The position numbers and the translations under genes were made by a program. Positions 11,677-23,900 of a stretch of 64,000 bases of DNA are shown here, piece by piece. Each line of letters opens with the position of its first letter. Position 1 is the stretch's first letter. This stretch comes from Podarcis erhardii (Eukaryota). The DNA is taken from the NCBI GenBank assembly GCA_964252035.1, contig OZ176201.1; one strand, given 5' to 3'. The notes beneath the pieces were generated by a model. That model was not told the origin of the DNA. It was given only the letters and a program-made list of their open reading frames with translations, and searched no databases.

Positions 11677-14600
11677 GTAAGCCTCCTGTGACCTTTCCAT
11701 TTTCTCGCCCTATGTCAGTAGCAGTTGATTTATCTTTACCTTAATGTAAATAAGATTCCCTTGCTTTGAGAAGTCCTGTACTTGACTAGAAGTCACACCT
11801 ATGAAAACAAGCTCTAAATGTCTGTATAGAAGTCAGGAACCCTTAATGAAGGTTTCACAACTTTTAGGCATTGCTTTAAGTTTGTAATGCATCATAAAAA
11901 AAACTTGGTACATATTTTATGGATTCCAAAATGTCCAATCATAGTTGTTGAGCAGCACGTGTTTAGCTTCATGAAGTATTGCACGGATTCCTAAAAGCTT
12001 TTCTACAGTTGTTTTTTAAACAAAATATCCTGGATGTAAATGCAGCAGTAGAGCTGTTTTGTCGTGTTTACGAGCTGTTACCTTTGCTGCACCCAACTCT
12101 CAAGTGAATGAGAAGACTATTGGCTAAGTTAACCTTCTTGTGATCCAGGAGTAGCCAGTAGCCTTATAGATGTTGGCACCTGTTTCTGAGCTAAGAAAAG
12201 AAGGATGTTGGTGGTCTAACCTGCTGTGACCCCTGGCCGGGGTTGGTGAGAGTGTGGCAGAAGACCATTTTGGCTACGCCTTCTGTTGTCAATAGGATTC
12301 TTTAGCATCTTATTTGTTCCTACTTCTGGCGAAACAATTTTCTGAAAATTCAGCACTGCAGAACAACTTGATAAATGTTGCATCCAGAATTTTAGGGTAA
12401 TCTTTAGTTATTGCATATTGTAAATGAGAGAGCAGTTTGTTAGAATCATAGAATTTGACCAGACTGGCTGCATGGAGTACTGGAAAAGCCAATCAGTGGT
12501 TCAGCAGTCAGTGTAGCTCAGTGGATAGTAGGCAGTTCCAATCTGTTAGATCTCAGATTGGCATTGAATCTCTTTCCTCACAAATGGGAGTGGAGGCCAA
12601 ACAATACAAACAGGATTTATCTCACATATCCTGACTTTGCAGTCTGAAAACCTTGGCTACCAGGCTATAATCTCCACTTCCTACTCTTGTGTAATGCAAG
12701 TGCACTTCTGTGGGTAGACCTTGACAGTTGCTAGCTAAAATTAAAATGGATTTATGCTAAGTGTAAATGCTTCCTGATGTTCATAGTATTTTAAACTTTA
12801 TAATTCTTGCTTCACTAGGTCTCTGCCCAGACTGGGAAACCTGGGACCCTAAGAAGCCTGTTGATAATGCCCGTGAAGCCATGCAGCAAGCAGATGACTG
12901 GCTGGGTGTCCCTCAGGTATGGAGAAGAGAAATGATATTTGAGCTTCAGCATATCCAGGTGGCAGGATATGAACAGAAATAATTTTACTTGTAGCATCTG
13001 ATGGTCCCGGTCCCACAAATTCAGCTGTGTTTAAAAATACCTGCTGTGGTTTGAAATGTCATCGTCTCAAATGATTAAAAACAGTGGGTCCTCCACACAG
13101 AATACATTTGATGAGACTGCTTCCTTGAAAGCTGCCCCGTAACTTATGCATGGGTTACATTCTGGGAATCGTGCCTGAATCCAAAGTTCTGTTGGGTTCA
13201 ATGGTAGGTGGAATTGTCAGTTGCTACCTGGATCCCCACGCACCCCTTTTATTTTTATTTGCCAAGCCCATAAAGCTGAATGCACACAAATTAAATGTCA
13301 TTTTTACAAGGATAGAAGCCCCCCTTCCTCTAAAGGTTGGGCTGGATCCTATCCCTGCTAGAAACACTTTATAGTCCTCTGCCTTTATTGAAATAACTCA
13401 TATTATGCCCATTATTTGCTCCAGTAAAAGAAAGCACTTACGACTTACTGTGCCAGTGCCAGTTCAATAAATTTGCCTCGGCGTTTCTCTAAGATTAAGA
13501 GCCTTGACTGCTGTTATGTACTTTTGAATTGGTGCTACTGAAGTATTTATTTGAGAGGTCTAAAAAAGTTTGTACATAGAACCTAGGCAGTGTTTAGGGG
13601 GACCAGTAAAACACTCAGTGCAACTTCAAGTGATTGGCTGTTGGGAGGAAGGTGGCATCATAACTTTTTGACTGGCAGTAGTAACTCAACTGCAAATGAC
13701 CCAGCTACAAAGCTATGTGTGCAAATAAAGTGCACTTATTCTATGTGTTGCAATTACACGGTGTAATCTTTCAAAAGGCTTCTTGGTCTTAGGAATGCTA
13801 CTGGTTATATTTCCAAACTTAGGGATTTATTGGACGGGCAGTGATTTGGATGTGTAGGAATGTATGAGGGGAACTCGGATTCACATGCTGTAATCCTAAT
13901 GGAAATATGTCCTTATTTACCAGGTCATCGCTCCTGAAGAAATCATACACCCTGATGTGGATGAACACTCTGTAATGACCTACTTGTCACAGTTTCCCAA
14001 AGCAAAGCTGAAACCTGGTGCTCCTTTGAAGCCTAAGCTTAATCCAAAGAAGGCAAGGGCGTATGGCAGAGGTGAGGTCTAAAATGCTTTTCTTATAACT
14101 TACGTGTATTGTTTCTTTTATCTTGTTACATACATTCAAAACTATTGTGCTTTAAAAGACCAGTTGGTTCTTGCTCTATTTAAATCATGTTTGTAGACAA
14201 ACTTCCAAGTTGCATTGTATTCGTTTAGTGCAGTGCTGAGATTCAGAAAAATGTGGAAATAGTCCAAAAGCCACTCCTACTTTCACATGAAAATTCCCAC
14301 TTTGAGAACCAGTTTAGCAAGGCTATTGTCTTGTTCTAAGCTGTAAACCTAAACTTCATCACTGTCAGTGGGAGGGGACCAGTTGCTTCGTGTAAGGCAG
14401 TGGTTCCCAAACATTTTCCCATCATGGACCACCTAGAAAGTTGCAGAGGGTCCAGTCCACTTAATGGTATTTCTGCCTGTTGTAGCAATTGTAATGCACT
14501 GTGCTGTATGGTTTTTAATTGTATTTTGAATGCTGCTTTTATTTTGCACAAATTGCATCAGTTTGTATTCAAATAATACAGCAAAATACAATATATCTTG

Positions 14601-17600
14601 GTGTATATTAAGATGGTAAGAATGTTGTTACACTGCAGTTTTCATGACTGCTGATAGGCAGACTGCCCAGGCAGAGGGTTAGCAGGAAGGCATCCTAGGC
14701 AGGTGGGTGAATGGTTGGCCCAGGTGAGTGTTGTCAGTGGTGGGTGGTCTGGGCAAGTTATAGAGGAACACGCAGGGTTCCCCAGCAAGCATCCTGCTGT
14801 TCTCGTTGTGAACCTCAGCAGCTTCGGTGACCTCAGTATATGAGGCGTGTCTGCTGAGGAGCTTCCCTAACCTATTCCTCCATAGCTGACTTGGGCTGCC
14901 ATTTGGCCAAGCTGTAAGAGGGGCATGGCTTGGGTGGTTGAGTGACAAGGGAACTGGAGGTGGATGGAGGCAGGCTGGTGAGTGGGATTGGAATGAGAGG
15001 GGATGGGATGAGAACCTGGAGAGGAACAGAAGTTCTACCAAAGGAAAACAAGCAGTGAAGACCATGAAAAACTAATGCACGTGTATATTCAGAAAACTAC
15101 CAAAATCTAGGGTATCGATGTTGTCAACGCTAGATTTTTTCTTTTTTAAGCAACACTAAGAATTTTAAAGCAAACTCCTAATTCACACATCACAGATGAA
15201 TACAGTTTTTTCGGATTCTGCACACCTCCAAATTTTGAAATACAATTCGCTACTCAAAACCTGTGTGTTAGGATAAAATTCATTTGGAAATGTGTACATT
15301 GAGAAGTATGTATTTACATTTATTTTAAAAATGCAGTTTAATGTGACAGTAGCTAAGACCAGCCCCATCACCGTGGATTTGTCTGTCAATAGCAATTAAC
15401 CACGTTAGCCACAAATTGAACCTCCCATATTTTGTGGCAGTGCTTCTTTTCTTCACCATTATGTCCTGATGCTACATTAAGAGCAAGGATAGCTCCAAAT
15501 TGGTGCTGATAATTCTAGGAAATAATGTAATTGCATCACAGTTTAGCAAGTAAAAGCTCTCTGCATGTCATCTTTACAGCCAGCTAAGCACAGCCTTTTA
15601 TTCCTGCAGGAATTGAACCACATGGAAATATGGTGAAACAGCCTGCCAAATTCAGTGTTGACACCATCAGTGCTGGCCAAGGCGAGGTATTGGTTTTTGT
15701 AGAAGATCCAGAAGGAAACAGAGAAGAGGTATGCATATTGAGAGGTCTTGGGCCAGGGAAGGGAAATGGGTTGACCACTTACTACTATCTTACACTATGG
15801 AAAAGGAATCCTCTTCAAGTGTGTTGGCATTTGAGTGAGTTTCATGAATCATGAGGATGGACCATAGTTAAGGGGTACAGGCCATATAGAAGGTCCTAAT
15901 TTTAATTCCTGGCATTTTATTTATTTGTACTCTTAGCCCACCTTTTACAAAATGCTCTCCAGCGCAGGCTATAAAAATGTCACTATAAAAATAGGCACAA
16001 TGTGTAGAATTAAAATCATAAAACGACCACAGCAGCCAATACGATACCCAGTGAAAAAGATCAAGAAACTTAAGCATGACTGAGTTGCCTAATGCCTTCC
16101 TCTTCCTTAGGCCATGGTGACTCCGGACAACGATAAGAACAAGACTTACGCTGTTCAGTACCTCCCAAAGGTTACAGGAGCTCACAAGGTAAGAATATCT
16201 GAAGATTCTGGAGGGAGACGTGAGTTTTAGCTGCCAAGTACATTTTGCTCAGGACAATGTTGTTGTAATACTATCTCAAAACAAGTTGGTCTAGTTTTGT
16301 AGCTGTAGTTGAGAGCGACAATGCTCCCCCCCCCCAGCTTAAAGTACTGATTGGCTGGTCTAACAATTGTTCAGGTAAAAGAGGAGGTGGAGGCAACACT
16401 GGTAGTCGGTTTTATTTTAGAGTAGCTAAGCTGCCTTTTTTATCCTGCCTTCTCTTTTGTTGAGAAAGTGAACTATATGGTTGATTGACGTTCAGTGCCC
16501 TATTAAAATATGTTTTGCCTGTAAAAATGTGCATAATTCATCTGGATATGGTAGCTGGCAATACCACATTCAATGTTGGGCCTGCAGACACTTCTCCAGA
16601 AGTTTTGTTTTTTTAAAATTGGCTTTTAAATGTCAGCTTGTGAATCTGGATCTGCTATTGAGTGAATGCAAACTGGCTACCTGTTTGCAGTGGTGCATAC
16701 CTAACTTGAATACTGTTACTACACATCTAGGTTACAGTTCTGTTTGCTGGCCAGCACATTGCAAAGAGCCCGTTTGAAGTAAATGTTGATAAAGCCCAGG
16801 GAGATGCCAGCAAAGTGACCGCAAAAGGACCAGGCTTGGAAGTAACAGGAAATATAGCCAATAAACCTACTTACTTTGAAATTTACACAGCAGGTAAGAT
16901 GGGCTGAATAGATTCCTTCCTTTGTGACGTGGAGCTGTGAGCAGGCTTGCCTTCTCTTCGTATGGGCCATGATGTTACTTCTCCCTATAGTGTCCACACA
17001 GGATAGGGACCCTGGGGCTCTGCAGATGTTTTGGGCACTGAATCATACCTTTCCAGACGTCAGGAGTGATGGGAATTGGATTCATAGCCAGAGACTCCTC
17101 CCCTGACACAGAGCATATGTGAGGGTGGAAGGGAATGCACAGTGCTCCATGGGTTGGGCATTTACTGTTATTAAAATTGTATTATTTGTGGTGTTTTTAA
17201 AGGGTTGTCTTTATTTCTGTTTTTAATTAATACCATGCCACTTTATATAAACACTGACATATTTTTTTTATGAAGTGGTATATGAATCTTGCTAGATAGA
17301 ATAAATGCAAATAAATGGGTTAAGGATGCTGAAGATGCATTTGAAGCTTCAGGGTTCAATTTGCAATTCTTGGCCACAGTACTTAATTAACAACACCTAG
17401 TTTGGACATGAAGGGGTGTATATCTGCTTTACATCTCTTTGGTGTCCAGTACAGAAGCCTGCCTCGTACCAACACTTACTAGTCTTCCAACAGGTTTTTG
17501 TTTTTTAGCAGGCATTGATATGAATTCACATCATTTTTTCTGATTTACCAATCAGGGATGGCAACGGCCTTGGGTTGCTTTGGCAAGAAAGGTTGCCAAT

Positions 17601-20600
17601 GTGTCTGCGTTCAGGAAGTGCAGAGTATAAGCTTTTTGTGCAAGGTGCATGATGTTCATGCATTTGAACTAAGCATTCTTCATTGTTCTTGGGAATGCAT
17701 AGCATGTCTGTGGCATAGTAGCTTCGCTATTGTTTCTTCAGAAGTCACTTAAGATGAACTTACTGAGTACTAGACTTAGGAGTTTATAGCGCTTGAATTT
17801 TGCAGTAGTAACTTAAACAAAAAGGTGACTGCGAATTGAGTATAATGAGGATTTTCCCAACTGGGGGTGCGAGTCTTGTTGGGCTATATTGCAAAACTAA
17901 AGCTGCTTTTAAATCCTTCCAAATAGGAAAACTGGTAGACATAAGTCTAAATAAATCTAGCAGCGTTTTCTGCAAAACAAGCAGGCAGGACCTTGGTATA
18001 AAGATAAGGAGAATTCTGGCTGCAAATGTCAAGGATGTATTATCAGGCATTTCTCAACTCATTTCCTCAGGCTGCAAACCTTGAGATCCTCCTGCCTTTT
18101 GTTATGGATCATTATCATACTCAATAGCTTATGGGTTCTTTTTGGAAAAGCTAAACTGGAAATTCGTGACAAAACAATGTGTTCTTGAGGGGAGATGGTC
18201 TCCGTGTCCCATTTCCCAACACCCCAATTTGGCTATATAGAGTGTGTATTTCCTTGGCCCTCTTTCCACTGGGATGGCTACTGGCCAACATAAAAAACTG
18301 GGAGACTTCCCTAATTGTGGAAATAATTTTTGAGCTCCTATTTTGTATCTTGTAGGGGCTGGTGTTGGTGATATAGGTGTAGAAGTTGAAGATCCTCAAG
18401 GGAAGAACCCCGTGGAAGTTGCAATAGAAGACAAAGGAAATCAAGTCTATCGTTGCGTGTACAAACCTCTTCAAGCTGGTCCCCATACCATTAAAGTGGC
18501 GTTTGCTGGAGAGCAAATTCCCAAAAGCCCTTGGGGTATTCATGTTGGTGAAGGTATGTGTTTAGGGCAGATGTATAACTATTTAACCATATTACTGGAT
18601 ACATGTGCACATTAAGTGCAGTATCTATGAGACTCTCTAAACGTGGGAATTTAGTCTTTTGGCTTGGATAAAGCAGTTCAATTCTTGCATGTAAGTCATT
18701 TCCCCAAAAAAGGACTTTTAAGTGTTAGTATCTTATCACATTTAACTAACTGGGTTTTATCAGTCTTGTCATCTTAAATGACCGCATTGCTCCTTCTTAC
18801 ACTTTTAGAATTGAGCTTTCTTGCTGTGTCTCTTTAAAACCAACTATATTCACTTTATTTTGTATCACAACTCTCTTCCCTTCTTGAACTGACACTTGGC
18901 TTTCTATTCCATCCTTGCCTGCTCCTGTGCTTTCAGACCTCTGCTCACCTCTCCTGAGCTACTTTCAATTTGTGAGATGTTGGACTTCACTGCTATTGGC
19001 TTCATAGTTGGGCAAGCTCTGTCGGTAAGAGGGTGTGCAGGGTGAACTTGTGTTGCTGCGTTTTTTTCCTGAACACCTAGTCAGCAGGCAGGTTTGCAGC
19101 CCTAAGCAGAAGTGGCTGGGTTGTATGAAAATGTTGCAAGCGGCAGGTCAGGCTTCAGGCAGTCTCGCAAGAAGTCAAACGGCTTAACCACAAACTGCCA
19201 AACTTTGTTGCAAGGAGCTTGAAACTGAACTTCGGCTTGCTGCTACATCCCTGGTTTGCTGCATCTACAGATGGATGTAGAACTAGTCAATGCAGATTGG
19301 CTGGGGGGGTGAGAATTCCCTGCATGCTTGCAGCAGGACAGCTTTTCGTGGGATGAATTGGTTTTCCCTCCAAGGAAATGGTTGCCAACTCCAGAAGGAA
19401 ATGCATGGAGTTGAGCTGTTGAGAGCCCAAGCCTGCATGCCTCACAGTCCAATTTCATGGCTAGGCCAAATACTGACAACTGTGACCCTGCTTATCTCCC
19501 ATAAATCATCATTCTGTATGTGGTCTTTTTCACACTGTGTATCCAGTGGTTTCTGCATACAGACCTGCTTTCCCTAATGGTGACGGTGTTCAGGAAAGCA
19601 TGTTTAAACTCTTGCGTGTGAATTATATTTCCCCACCTCCATGGTATTGTTCATTTCAGGCACACCTGCATGGGGCTTCCTCTGGGGGATTAAATGTGCT
19701 AATTTAGGGGCAATAGCAGGATCAGCATAGCAACACTTGTCTCAACAATGCAAGGTGCAACATCTCTATGAGATGCTCCCTGTCTCATGCTATGTTTCAC
19801 TTCTTGCCCTCTTCTTCACCCCCCACCCCTTGAAACCTGAGACTTCACTGGGGAAAAAAAAAGTCTGGTTCAAACTGGAAGGTTTCATCTGCATGCATGC
19901 CCTAAGGCAATATGCCCTCCTAAGTTTGAAACTGTGAAAATGAGGATACTTTGCTCCTTTTACTGTTGTAAGACCAAAAACACTTGCCTTTTCTTTTTTA
20001 AAAAACAAGTTTCTGCAAAACAAATTCCTTCCAGTAGCACCTTAAAGACCAACTAAGTCAGTTCTTGGTATGAGCTTTCGTGTGCATGCACACTTCTTCA
20101 GATGAAGTGTGAAGCACTTCATCAACAGCATCTCTCATGCTGTTGTAAATTTGTTAGGAGTTTAGTTCATTTAAATGAGACTTGGGTTTGTACATAGTGA
20201 AGCACGTGAAGCAAAAAAACTGCAACCCCGAGTTTTATGTTAATATAATGTGCATTGACAGCCTCAGTCTTGCCTCCTTAAGACTGCAAAATGGTGTTCA
20301 GGTTTTACATTTCATAAACTTAAAATCTCATCCATCTTAAAGCAAGCTGAGAGAAACCGTTCCAGACTAGCTTGGCTAAGTTAAATATCTCTAGGAATCA
20401 AAGGCTGTATTGATGTCTGTCTGCAATTCGCTTGCAGCGTGCAATCCAAATGCCTGCCGTGCCAGTGGTAGAGGCCTCCAACCTAAAGGAGTTCGGATCA
20501 GAGAAACCGCAGACTTCAAGGTTGATACTAAAGCTGCAGGGAGTGGAGATATCCATGTGGCAATAAAAGGACCAAGTAAGTGCTCGGCTTCTTAGCATTG

Positions 20601-20929
20601 CTGGGGCTTTGGGGTGGGGCCAGGGAAGTTTGCAAAGGGCTTAAAAGTGTAATCCATCGCCTTGTGATTCTGGTATCTGTATGTTGACTTTATCCCCTGG
20701 GGAAACTCCAGAAGTGAAATGGAGCCGCTCTTTTCTCTCTCTCATATCTAATTGCACAAGAGGAGACTAGGTAAACATGGCTGGAAATTTGAAATGACTG
20801 GTTCTTTGGGTGTGATAACCGCCTTGTTTACCTGTTTATACAGAAGTAATCTGAGCTGTGCAACTGCTTTAGTGGGTTTGGAAAGGCTTGAACTTCTACT
20901 TCACTATCTATGGTGCAAAGCTCTTGGAC

Positions 20930-20969
<40 letters not shown>

Positions 20970-23900
20970 CAAAAAACATTCAGTAATAATGTTTCATGAC
21001 AACATTGCTCAAGAAATGTGAAGCAATCATGCAAAAGGGGAAGAAAGGTTAGGCCAAACTAGACAGGATGATATCAGGTGCCTGCATTTCTTTGCTTATC
21101 TGCCTGAATGGAATATAAATAAGAGGCTGTGTGTCAAACTGATAACCAAATGAGATGTGTGGCTGAGGAGTTCCCCTCTGTTTCAGAAGTGGTTTACCTG
21201 GGGAAGTGTAAATACTGGAAACTAATGGAACTTGTATTAATTGTTTGAAATACTCCTCAGCTGCTTGAGGTAACTTGGACATGATTTGTCAATTTTTATG
21301 CAACTTAACTTGACTGTTTCAGGATTTCAGACCGTCATTCTTTTCCTTGTCTCAGACTTGGTAAAAAAATAAGTGAAACTTAGCATTTCAGGATACTACA
21401 TTTTACACATTTTGGGGAGTTCTGACCTTAAAGATGGGTACTCAAAACTGAACCCCAGGATCATTTTCCCTCTGCTTCGCTTTAGCAAGTTAATGCTCCA
21501 TTCAGGAGTCATAATGGACAGAAAGTCCCCCGCTGGCTTGCTGATCGTACGGCAGACACCTTTTTCTACTCTTGGATCACAGTACGCCTTGAAATAGATG
21601 CAGGGCTTTGTTACCTTCTGGCCCCAGATCAAAATGAATGGCAATCCTTTTCAGCCTTGTACAAATTGGTGGGGATTCTGGTGGGCCTCTTGCGAGCTGT
21701 AATGTGCTTAAAGCGTTGGCTAGGGCAGGGTTGCCAACTGTGCACTGTTAAAGACAATAGTCTTGTATCAACAAACTTAGGCATATTTAGACTGTTGCAG
21801 GAAAATTAAATCAAGTAAGCATTCCCCAAATACTTGTGGTCATGAGGTCTGATGAAGCTTAAGCTTCCCTTGTTTTAACATGACACGCATAATTCTTTAG
21901 ACTAAGGAATAACATAAGGGAATGAGTTAAGCGAGGTAACGTAACACTTTCACTCATCGATCTCTTCTGGAAATATTTATGCCATCTTTCTTGCATGACA
22001 ACTTGGAGGCCATTTCTCCTCCTTGCAAACTATTTCTGGTTGGGGGGGGGAATGACTTCATTCTTAGCAATTTTTCTTAGAATACTGGAAAGGGGCAAAA
22101 TTGCCTGTAACCAGAGGATTGAGGCTGTAACTATGGAAGGCTAATGCTAGATTGATGATATTTCTGCAGAAGGTCTGGAGGAACTTGTGAAACAAAAGGA
22201 GTATGTGGATGGCGTGTATGCTTTCGAATACTATCCAGTAACCCCAGGAAAATACATTGTGACAATCTCATGGGGAGGCCACAACATCCCTAAAAGGTGA
22301 GTTAGAACATCCATTTCAGGTTTGTTTGTTTTTAGCAATGGATGTGTATTCCCTACCAAACACGTTGGAACTGCTTAAGTTTCCACATCTGCCCAGAGCA
22401 AATTAACGGATGGTAGTACTGTTGTTCGGTCCCAGCTCCTGCCCACCTAGCAGTTCAAAAGCATGTCAAGTGCAAGTAGATAAATAGGTACCACTTCTGG
22501 TTCACCAGAAATAGCTTAGTCTTGCTGGCCGCATGACCCAGAAGCTGTCTGTGGACAAACGCCGGCTCCCATCGCCTATAGAGTGAGGTGAGCGTGCAGC
22601 CCCAGAGTCATCCACGACTGGACTTAATGGTCAGGGGTACCTTTACCTTTTAGTGTCTAGTACAAGGGTACTACCCTGTTTGGACAAATTGTATATTTCA
22701 ATTTCTGAAGAGGGAGACTTATGTCAGCTGCATTAAAAAGAAATCAAATCCTGTGGCACCTTAAAGGCCAACAAACTATTGTGGCACAAGCATTCATCTG
22801 TATTTCTAGGTATCAGATTACTATTTGGTAGCACCAAGATTATTCAGATTTTATTTAAAGAGTGGAATTTATTGTAGGCAACCTTTGGAATATCTGCCAT
22901 ATTGTAGCTTTCATTGGTCCCTGTCTGTTTTCCAAGTGATGCACCACATAGAGGTTAGGCTCCCACTTCATCTATCTGTAGCTCCTGGTCTTTTAGCTGG
23001 ACAGAGGTGATTGCACAGTAAGCTCTGCCTTGTTCTGGATTCAGGCTGTAACTGGAATCATTGACAGTGTAGGGAAGGGTAGTGGTGACCATTGTTGCTT
23101 TCAGTCCCAAGCTTTTCCTAGAGTCCCAGGTGCATCATATCCTTCCTCTCCCTACCCAATCTACCTGATCTGATTCCAGTGGCAGAAATGGAAAAGAAAG
23201 GAAGAGGTTTTTTGACATCTGGATCCAACCCAGGAGGCGCTTACAAAAATGCATGAGGACAATGTTTCTAGTTAGCTACATCTCTGTGGCTCTACTTGAG
23301 CCCATCTTTAGTATCTGATATTAATTGCTCCTAATCCTGCTTTCTGGTGTTTCTGTCATAGCCCATTTGAAGTTCAAGTAGGCCCTGAACCTGGTCCTCA
23401 GAAAGTAAGAGCCTGGGGGCCCGGCCTTCATGAAGGCGTTGTTGGTAAATCTGCCGACTTTGTGGTAGAATCCATTGGCCCAGAAGTTGGATCCTTAGGT
23501 AAGAACTTGCCTGGCTTGCCCTGCTTTGCTAAATGGTTATTGCATTTATGTGATGCCTAGCTAACTTCACATGGAGAAAGTCTCTCAACATCACATTGCA
23601 GTGGGCGTGGAACCACATCCAATTGGATTTAAAAGAAATTGGTTTGTATAGCACTTCTGACAAGAACAATGATGACACTGTCCTCCACCCAGTTTTAGCA
23701 TGACAGGCAGTAAATGTTGGCTGATGCCTTTGATTCTCATGATTTTGTGATGGTTACGATGTCTCTGGTAACTTCATTATTGACCCTGCCTTTCAGCAGG
23801 CCCCATTGCTATAAAACCAAGGGGAAGGACTTTAAAAATTAATTAGTACATTTATAAGCCATTCTTTCCTCCTAGAAGCTCAAGTTGGCGCACGTTATTC

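Noticed and set aside
14679-15065. 128-aa Pro/Ser-rich minus-strand ORF
   Set aside because: Derived from a G-rich intronic stretch, probably an unclassified repeat; no domain or splice context supports it.
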